Origin: an uncultured Verrucomicrobiota bacterium | GTDB taxonomy: Bacteria > Auribacterota > JABMQX01 | Direction: 5' to 3' | NCBI GenBank assembly: GCA_964482435.1 | Contig: CAYZXL010000010.1 | Coordinates: 36,946-100,945, forward strand | Length of the DNA stretch: 64,000 bases | Part shown: positions 57,459 to 64,000 of the stretch, piece by piece | How positions within the stretch are numbered: position 1 is the first letter of the stretch | Layout of the letters: each line of letters opens with the position of its first letter | Notes under the pieces: model-generated | Told to the model about the DNA's origin: nothing | Databases searched by the model: none | Seen by the model: only the letters and a program-made list of their open reading frames with translations | Translations under genes and position numbers: made by a program

Positions 57459-58424
57459 TCATGCCTTTTGCTCGGCGATAACCTTGTTGAGGTGCTTGAG
57501 ACTCCTCTCAGCCTGCTCGACCGTCCCGCACTCGACGGAAAGGACGCCGTTAAAGCCCGCTTTCTTCAGAATCTTGACGATGCGCGTCCAGTCAATGACC
57601 CCGTCGCCGCAGGCGCAGCCGACGGCGGTCCCGGTCACCTTCCCTCTCTCGTCCTTGCTCTGCTGTAGCTCGATGTCCTTAGCATGCATGTGGAATGTGC
57701 GGCCGGCAATTGCCTCCAGCATCTCGTAAGGGTCGCTCACTCCGCCGAGGTAGGCGTTCCCGGAATCGAAATTGAACCCGACGTTGGGGGATGGCACGAG
57801 GTTGGCGATTTTGATTATCTTATCGGTGTAAACGCTGAATTTCTGATGCGGCTCAATCCCGATTTTGACATTGTGTCGCTCGGCAACCGGAACGATGCAC
57901 TTCAGGGTGTAGTGCATAATCTTGAAGGCTGTGTCCTCATCCATCCATTCGGGAATCATCCCCTCGTCGGTGTTGCAGACGGGCGCGCCAAGTTCCGCCG
58001 CGAAGCGAATCGCCTGCTTGATATACTCTACGGAGATTTCCGGTCTTGCTAAAGGACTGTGGCAGGACAAGCCGCTCGCCTGAATGCGATGTTTCTGGAG
58101 AATGTCTCGAATCTCAAGGGGGTCTTCGCTCATCGAGATGGTGTGGTAATAGCCCGCCTCGCTCATAAGCTCGCGGCCCCAGTGCACCATCGGCTCGCAG
58201 AACTTGTATCCGATCTCGGCGGCCTTTGCGACTCCCCACTTGAAAGGCTTCTCAGCCCTTCGTATGAACTCCATATTGATGCCCGGTTTCATGCCCATGG
58301 CAACCCCTCCTTTCTCAGAATCCTCTGCGTTCGCGGTCTCGGTACGGGCGGCGAGAAGCGCCGCCGCGCCGATCAAAGAACTGTCTTTCAGGAATTCTCT
58401 TCTGGTGATGTCCTTTTGTGCCAT
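57459..58424 (-). CDS. TAT-exported sugar phosphate isomerase/epimerase (xylose isomerase-like TIM barrel) family protein
   Basis: The start at 58424 has a GAGGAGG RBS and a twin-arginine signal MAQKDITRREFLKDSSLIGAAALLAA. A TIM-barrel metal-binding His/Asp/Glu pattern follows (EPH, HAKD). Confidence 0.6.
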   Translation of the reverse strand: MAQKDITRREFLKDSSLIGAAALLAARTETANAEDSEKGGVAMGMKPGINMEFIRRAEKPFKWGVAKAAEIGYKFCEPMVHWGRELMSEAGYYHTISMSEDPLEIRDILQKHRIQASGLSCHSPLARPEISVEYIKQAIRFAAELGAPVCNTDEGMIPEWMDEDTAFKIMHYTLKCIVPVAERHNVKIGIEPHQKFSVYTDKIIKIANLVPSPNVGFNFDSGNAYLGGVSDPYEMLEAIAGRTFHMHAKDIELQQSKDERGKVTGTAVGCACGDGVIDWTRIVKILKKAGFNGVLSVECGTVEQAERSLKHLNKVIAEQKA

Positions 58425-58863
58425 ACCTTGCCTCCTCTTCTCCAGGGCGGTCGTTGTCCTGGAGAATTGCAGTTTGCGCTGGCGTGCCAGGGGGGCCTCG
58501 TGCGCCAACCCCACAGCCGCTCCGCAGGGAGCTTCTCCCGAATAGCTCGGAGCAGCGACAATAGAATCAATACCCTTCGACGAACCCATTGTCAAATGTT
58601 TTGAACCGCGCAGAGAACCCGTCCGCTGCCGCCAAGCAGATTTTCCCACCCTGCCGAGTCGCCCTTGAGGACAAACCTCGTCCGGCACATCATGGTGGTT
58701 GCCTCGGCAGAGGGGCTCTGTTAGTATTGGGAGCGTGGCGGGAGTCCTCTTTTCCAATTTGTCCGACGCAGACAAGGGTTCGCCTCATGGCCGTCGGCTG
58801 TCGCAGATATTTTGAGCGGGCATTGCGTCTGCGCCAAAAATCAAAAGGAAAGGAGAGTTCGCT

Positions 58864-59598
58864 GTGTTTAGCTTCATAGTGCGGTGTTTTCGTTGGCCTT
58901 TTTTCGTGGCCTGGGTCGCGCTGGTCCCGATGATGACGGAGTTGACATGTATAGGGGCAGAGGTCAAAGCCGAGAACAGAACCGCAGTTGAGCATGAACA
59001 GAAGCGCGGCGCCTGGGTGAAGACGAGCACCCTGGGCACAAAGAAATACGCTCCGAGCAAGAAGGAATCCGAGTTCTTTGACCGGCTGGCCTCGGATGAA
59101 AATGTCACAGGCGGTATTTTCGGAGACTATTCAATTACCGGGAAGGTCGGGAAGTACATTGGATGGTATGGAATCGTCCGACGGATCAAAGAGTCAAAGG
59201 AGAAGGGCACGACGGAGCTCCTTGTCGAAATGAAGTATTTCGACGGACTGACCGACCTGCACATCATGGCGGTGTCGTTCAACGGGGCGGGCGACTTCGA
59301 GGCGATTCTCTTGGGGACGGGGCACGACATCAAGCCCCTGAGCTTCGTCAAGGTTTACGGGCAAGTGGAAAAAGAAGTGGAGTCGGTGCCTTATGTGTCA
59401 GCGTGTTATGTCCGTGAATGGGATTGGGGGACGTTCACGTTCCTGATGGCGTATGGCGAGCAAAAGGGGAACACTGCGTGGCAAAAACTGAACAAGGTTC
59501 CCCTGGATGACATATACGACGCATGGCCCAACGGGGCGTATTATGAGAAGCGGCTCGGCGAGCGGCCGAAAGCGCCGCCCCCGGAGCCCTCGAAATAA
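58864..59598 (+). CDS. hypothetical exported protein
   Basis: The 244-aa protein has a hydrophobic N-terminus and no recognisable motif. It lies between the TIM-barrel gene and the first TAT-AKR. Confidence 0.4.
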   Translation: MFSFIVRCFRWPFFVAWVALVPMMTELTCIGAEVKAENRTAVEHEQKRGAWVKTSTLGTKKYAPSKKESEFFDRLASDENVTGGIFGDYSITGKVGKYIGWYGIVRRIKESKEKGTTELLVEMKYFDGLTDLHIMAVSFNGAGDFEAILLGTGHDIKPLSFVKVYGQVEKEVESVPYVSACYVREWDWGTFTFLMAYGEQKGNTAWQKLNKVPLDDIYDAWPNGAYYEKRLGERPKAPPPEPSK

Positions 59599-59658
59599 AC
59601 GGATGATGCGCCTCCTCCGCAGGAGGCGCGAGGCAGTGGCCAGTACCGACAAGGGAGG

Positions 59659-60804
59659 ATGAGCATGACGAAGGACACAGTGAGCAGAAGGCAATTCCTG
59701 AAGGACAGTTCGATGATCGGAGCGGCGATGGTTCTTGCGGCAGCCGGCGCTAAGCCGAGCGACGCGAAGGAACCGAAAGTGGACACGTCGAAAATCGTCA
59801 ACTACAACCCGAAGATGGGATACCGGCGCCTCGGAAAAACGAATTTGATGCTTTCGGAAGTGAGCCTCGGCGGGCACTGGAAAAATCGCGGCGGCGGACG
59901 ATACTGGGACAGGTTCGACCAGGATGAGTGCCCGGAGGACGTCGCAAGAAACCGGTCTGACATCGTCAGCAAGTGCATCGAGTGCGGCATCAACTATCTC
60001 GACATCACAACACGCGCGGAGTGCATCGCTTACGGGATGGCCCTGAGAGGGCGAAGAGACAAAATGATTGTCGGGGCGGACGACCATGTCCTGGGCCCGC
60101 GAAATCCTGCCAACCGCACGGTTGAGAAGCTTATTCTCGACGTCGAGGAATGCCTGAAAGCGTTCAAGACGGACTATTTTGACATCTGGCGAGTACAGGC
60201 GCAGATGAATCCCCCTCTTAACACTGACGCGGAAGTCGAGAACATGGTCGAAGCCTTCGAGCAACTCCACAAGCAGGGGAAAGCGAAGTGGTTTGGCGTT
60301 TCGTCCCACACGCGCTCATGGCATCAGCACATCATCGAAAAATATCCGCAAATCTCGATGATTATTTTCCCGTACACCGCCCAGTCAAAGGCCATTGACG
60401 GCAAGGAAACGATTGTCGAGCAGGGCGCCGACGAAGCCGACCCGGCGGTCAGGAGCATCTTCGAGGCGGTGAAGAAGCACGACGTCGGGGTCTGCACGAT
60501 CAAGCCGTTTGCGGGCGGCTCAGTCTTCAGCCCGCAGAAGTTCCCGGCTCCGGAGCAAGGGTCGGAGGAAGAGCACAAGCTAGCGCGATTGACTTTGCAG
60601 TACATCACCGCCAACGACGCAATCACCGCGACGCTGCCCGGCATGACGACGATGCGCGAAGTCGAGAACAACGTTCGGGCATCCTACGAGCGCGGCAAGG
60701 GCGTTTCCTGGGAGGATGTTCAGTGGCTCAAGCGAAGGACGGATGCGGCGTGGGCGAACCTTCCCGAGGAGTACGCATGGCTGCGCGAGTGGGAGTGGGT
60801 CTGA
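59659..60804 (+). CDS. TAT-exported (periplasmic) aldo/keto reductase family protein
   Basis: The twin-arginine signal is VSRRQFLKDSSMIGAAMVLAAAGA. The AKR core is paralogous to the 62015-63106 gene, with shared motifs LGKT.LM.S.V.LGGHWK and F.GFSSH.R. Confidence 0.7.
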   Translation: MSMTKDTVSRRQFLKDSSMIGAAMVLAAAGAKPSDAKEPKVDTSKIVNYNPKMGYRRLGKTNLMLSEVSLGGHWKNRGGGRYWDRFDQDECPEDVARNRSDIVSKCIECGINYLDITTRAECIAYGMALRGRRDKMIVGADDHVLGPRNPANRTVEKLILDVEECLKAFKTDYFDIWRVQAQMNPPLNTDAEVENMVEAFEQLHKQGKAKWFGVSSHTRSWHQHIIEKYPQISMIIFPYTAQSKAIDGKETIVEQGADEADPAVRSIFEAVKKHDVGVCTIKPFAGGSVFSPQKFPAPEQGSEEEHKLARLTLQYITANDAITATLPGMTTMREVENNVRASYERGKGVSWEDVQWLKRRTDAAWANLPEEYAWLREWEWV

Positions 60805-60832
60805 GGCGCTCTCCGAACGGGAATGACGCGAA

Positions 60833-61888
60833 ATGAAATGCGTGCGCCTGACTCGGGTCCCAGTTCCAGCAGCGGCGATCGTGCTCGCGGCGGCGTTCCT
60901 CGTGGCTGGGAGCGAAGATGACCAGAGGAGAAAGGAGGGCGAAGACGCGGTCCTGAAAAGCAATTCCGCGTGCATGGTGTGCCACATAGATTTTGCGGAT
61001 GAAGAACTGACCGTCCAGCATCGCAAGGCGCGGGTGACGTGCGCCGCGTGCCACGGGCCGTGCCTCGAGCACATGGACGACGAGATGGCTGCGACGAGGC
61101 CGGACCGGCTCTTCGGCCGTGCGGAAGTCAACAAGATGTGCGGCGAATGCCACGGCGAGCACAAAAACAAAGACGCAGTGGACGCGTTTCTGAAGGAATG
61201 GTACGGCAGGCGACGACCCAACGGCCAGCTCATCACGAAAGACGCTGTCTGCACCGATTGCCATGGCAGGCACGTCCGGCTTCTCGCGCCCATGCCGCAG
61301 GCTAAGCCGGAGGCTGAGAACTGGAGGCAGCTTTTCAACGGCAAAGACCTCACCGGCTGGAAGCCTGTCGGCGACGCAAAGTGGACGGTTGAGAACGGCG
61401 TTTTGGTCGGTCAGCAGAACAACGGCCAGCACGGCGACATTCTCACGGAGGAAAGCTACGACGATTTCGAGCTTGTGGTGACGTTCAAGGTTCGCCGGCC
61501 TGCCAACAGCGGCATTTGGTTTCGCGCGCTCGACAAGCTTCCCGGTTATCAGATGGACATAGTCAGTCCCGGCAACTCGTTTCACGAAAATGCCACCGGA
61601 AGTCTTCTGTCCTGGGGAGAAGTAGGCAAAGTGTCCGACGCAGCGGCTGATTGCCTGAGCAGGGTCACCGACGACAGCATCCTCAACCGCGACGGATGGA
61701 ACACCGCTGACATCATCGCCGTCGGCGACCACATCAAGGTCACCCTGAACGCGGCCGTAGCAGCCGATTTGCATGACGCCAGGCACCGCAGGGGCAAAAT
61801 TGGCTTCCAGGTTCATCCCGGAGAACGGTTCAAAGACATGAAAATCATGGTCAGGGAGGCGAAGGTTCGGACGCTGGGCGGCTCGTGA
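60833..61888 (+). CDS. tetraheme cytochrome c domain fused to a DUF1080 (3-keto-disaccharide hydrolase-like) domain, exported
   Basis: The signal peptide is followed by four CxxCH motifs (CMVCH, CAACH, CGECH, CTDCH) within about 120 aa. DUF1080 motifs follow: FNGKDLTGWK, YDDFELVVTF, NSGIWFR and IGFQVH. Confidence 0.75.
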   Translation: MKCVRLTRVPVPAAAIVLAAAFLVAGSEDDQRRKEGEDAVLKSNSACMVCHIDFADEELTVQHRKARVTCAACHGPCLEHMDDEMAATRPDRLFGRAEVNKMCGECHGEHKNKDAVDAFLKEWYGRRRPNGQLITKDAVCTDCHGRHVRLLAPMPQAKPEAENWRQLFNGKDLTGWKPVGDAKWTVENGVLVGQQNNGQHGDILTEESYDDFELVVTFKVRRPANSGIWFRALDKLPGYQMDIVSPGNSFHENATGSLLSWGEVGKVSDAAADCLSRVTDDSILNRDGWNTADIIAVGDHIKVTLNAAVAADLHDARHRRGKIGFQVHPGERFKDMKIMVREAKVRTLGGS

Positions 61889-62014
61889 GGCGCGTGAGAA
61901 ACGCGCCGCTGGAGGACTCTTCGAGTCATGGGCAGTCAGATATTGTCGCCAGATGTTCATACATGGTAAGCTATAGCTCAAGTGGTTTGACAATCAAACA
62001 GGGAGGTTTTCGGT

Positions 62015-63106
62015 ATGGCTGAAAAGAAAATAACAAGACGAGAGTTTGTTCGAGACGGCGCGATGGCGGCGGTCGGCATTGCGGCGGGCTTAGCAACCGG
62101 AGCACCCGCCCTCGGCGCCAAAGAGACGAAGATTCTCAACTACAACGAGAACATGGAGTATCGCGCTCTCGGAAAGACCGGGCTGATGGCTTCCGCGGTC
62201 TGCCTCGGCGGACACTGGAAGCGCATCAACCTCATGGCGCCCAGCGCTTTCAAGGGCGATGACTGGCTTGGTGCGAATCTCAACGACTCTGACTTCGTGA
62301 AGAATCGCGGCGAGGTTGTCAGCCGCTGCATCGAGCTTGGCATGAACTATATTGACTCGTGCACCATCGAGGAGGTGAAGACTTACAGCAGAGCCTTGAA
62401 AGGCCGTCGCGAGAAGATGTACCTCGGCTGCTCGTGGTATCAAAAGGAGATGCGAAACGATAATTTCCGCACGAAAGAGGCGCTTCTCAAGACGCTGGAC
62501 GAGGGCTTGAAGGATGCCGGTCTCGATTACGTGGACCTCTGGCGAATCACCATGCACGAGCAGAGCGGCAATCACACAAAGGCCGAGGTCGAGCAAATGA
62601 TGAAGGCGCTCGAGGCGGCCAAGAAGCAGGGAAAGGCGCGCTTCACCGGCTTCTCCTCGCACGATCGCCCGCACATCAAATGGATGATTGAGACCTACCC
62701 GGAGATCGTTGACGTGGTTGTGACGCCCTACACCGCCAACACCAAAGAGCTCCCCAAAGATAGCCTCTTCGAGACGGTGAGGAAGCACAAGGTCGGCGTA
62801 TTCGGAATCAAGCCCTTTGCCAGCAATTCGCTCTTCAAGGGCGATAGCTCGCCGACGAGCTCGACGGCGGAAGAAGATGACAAGCGGGCCCGGTGGGCCA
62901 TTCGCTGCATCCTCTCGAATGATGCAGTCACCGCGCCCATTCCGGGGTTGATCAACATTCACCAGGTGGACAACGTCACAAAAGCCGTCGGAGAGCGACG
63001 CCAGCTTGACGCCGCAGAACTTAGGCAGTTCGACGAGGCCGTCGCCGAGATGTGGGCGAAGCTGCCGGAAGAATATCAGTGGCTGCACGACTGGAAGTAC
63101 GTGTAA
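62015..63106 (+). CDS. TAT-exported (periplasmic) aldo/keto reductase family protein
   Basis: The twin-arginine signal is ITRREFVRDGAMAAVGIAAGLATGAPALGA. The protein is a paralog of the 59659-60804 gene. Confidence 0.7.
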   Translation: MAEKKITRREFVRDGAMAAVGIAAGLATGAPALGAKETKILNYNENMEYRALGKTGLMASAVCLGGHWKRINLMAPSAFKGDDWLGANLNDSDFVKNRGEVVSRCIELGMNYIDSCTIEEVKTYSRALKGRREKMYLGCSWYQKEMRNDNFRTKEALLKTLDEGLKDAGLDYVDLWRITMHEQSGNHTKAEVEQMMKALEAAKKQGKARFTGFSSHDRPHIKWMIETYPEIVDVVVTPYTANTKELPKDSLFETVRKHKVGVFGIKPFASNSLFKGDSSPTSSTAEEDDKRARWAIRCILSNDAVTAPIPGLINIHQVDNVTKAVGERRQLDAAELRQFDEAVAEMWAKLPEEYQWLHDWKYV

Positions 63107-63222
63107 GCGAGGATTGAGGTTGGCGCATAGCGCTTCACGCGGGTGGCGCGGGCAGATGTCCCGCCCATCCGCGTGATTCTATCTGATTCAAGACGGTCGC
63201 GGTTGTCTGCAAAGGAAATCGC

Positions 63223-63723
63223 ATGAGGAATGGCGCGCTCGCAGTACTCTCGGCATCGGTGGTCCTGTCGCTCTTCTCATGCGTCCACAATCCGTCTCTC
63301 GACGAGAAACGTGCAGGGGCGCTCGCCACTCCCGGCGAAAAGCATGATGCTCCAGCACCGCCCAGGCAAACTACCGCCGACAATAGTTGGTGCCATGTGT
63401 GCCACATCAATTACGCCGAGGAGGAGCTTGCCGTAACACATGCGCGCGCCAACGTCGGCTGCGCGACATGCCACGGTGAGTCTTATGCCCACCGAGGCGA
63501 CGAGGCAAACGTTACCCCACCCGACATCATGTACCCCAAGGAGAAGATTAACCCATCGTGCTTAAAGTGCCACGCTGCCGAGAAGCTCAGCGACGTTCAC
63601 AAACCGTTCCTCGCGGGCACCGCCGAGGAAAAGTATTGCACCGATTGCCACGGCGATCACCGCCTCGCCTATCGCACGCAGCGCTGGGACAAGGCGACCG
63701 GCAAGCGCCTGAAGCAAGAATAG
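63223..63723 (+). CDS. tetraheme cytochrome c lipoprotein
   Basis: The lipobox is LFSCV. Four CxxCH motifs (CHVCH, CATCH, CLKCH, CTDCH) are spaced as in the cytochrome domain of the 60833 protein. Confidence 0.75.
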   Translation: MRNGALAVLSASVVLSLFSCVHNPSLDEKRAGALATPGEKHDAPAPPRQTTADNSWCHVCHINYAEEELAVTHARANVGCATCHGESYAHRGDEANVTPPDIMYPKEKINPSCLKCHAAEKLSDVHKPFLAGTAEEKYCTDCHGDHRLAYRTQRWDKATGKRLKQE

Positions 63724-64000
63724 GCCGGCTCGTCCCGGATGAGACAAGCACCTCGGCCATTGCTCGAACGCCGTGCTCGTTCAACCGATTTTGGGATGCC
63801 TTTCTGCGCAAGAAAGTGAGCCGCACAGTTCGCCGAGAGCGCAGCGGAGCCCCATCATCGTCCTGTTCATTCTCTGCGTCTTCTGCGTTCTCTGCGGTGA
63901 GTTCCCCATGCGACTGAGGGGTTTCACAGAGGACATTTTGTGAATCGCACCGGAGCCGCCTACGTGATATGATTATTGAGTTCTCAGATTCGTTCAGGCG

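Overview
GC-rich bacterial chromosomal segment with tightly packed, often overlapping genes, many of whose products are TAT- or Sec-exported. The combination of TAT-exported Gfo/Idh/MocA oxidoreductase, several DUF1080 (3-keto-disaccharide hydrolase-like) domains, ThuA-like proteins and periplasmic aldo/keto reductases suggests a PVC-superphylum-like (Planctomycetota/Verrucomicrobiota-type) organism. The 5' end carries housekeeping genes (hprK, rsmI, an M48 peptidase). They are followed by a complete nine-gene V/A-type ATPase operon in archaeal-type order H-I-K-E-C-F-A-B-D on the minus strand, an orphan parB and corA. After a DUF1080 protein and a Gfo/Idh/MocA enzyme comes a six-gene Na+-NQR-type operon (nqrABCDEF) whose A subunit carries an RnfC-like 2x[4Fe-4S] ferredoxin tail. 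The central part is a glycan biosynthesis and decoration cluster: a GT2 and two GT4 glycosyltransferases, two SAM methyltransferases, a polysaccharide deacetylase, a FemAB-like GNAT and a CapK/PaaK-like adenylating enzyme. Next is a System II cytochrome c biogenesis pair (resB-ccsA) in which ResB is highly remodelled: an N-terminal duplicate fragment, a DUF975-like membrane domain and a PD40/TolB-like beta-propeller. The 3' part encodes a TetR-controlled TolC-MFP-RND efflux operon and a set of exported enzymes. These are ThuA, a ThuA-DUF1080 fusion, a xylose-isomerase-like TIM barrel and two TAT-exported aldo/keto reductases, each followed by a tetraheme cytochrome c, one of which is fused to DUF1080. 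I found no rRNA or tRNA genes, CRISPR arrays or mobile elements. The strongest candidates for an undescribed system are the remodelled ResB and the duplicated periplasmic AKR-plus-tetraheme-cytochrome module embedded among oxidative (3-keto) glycoside-pathway genes.
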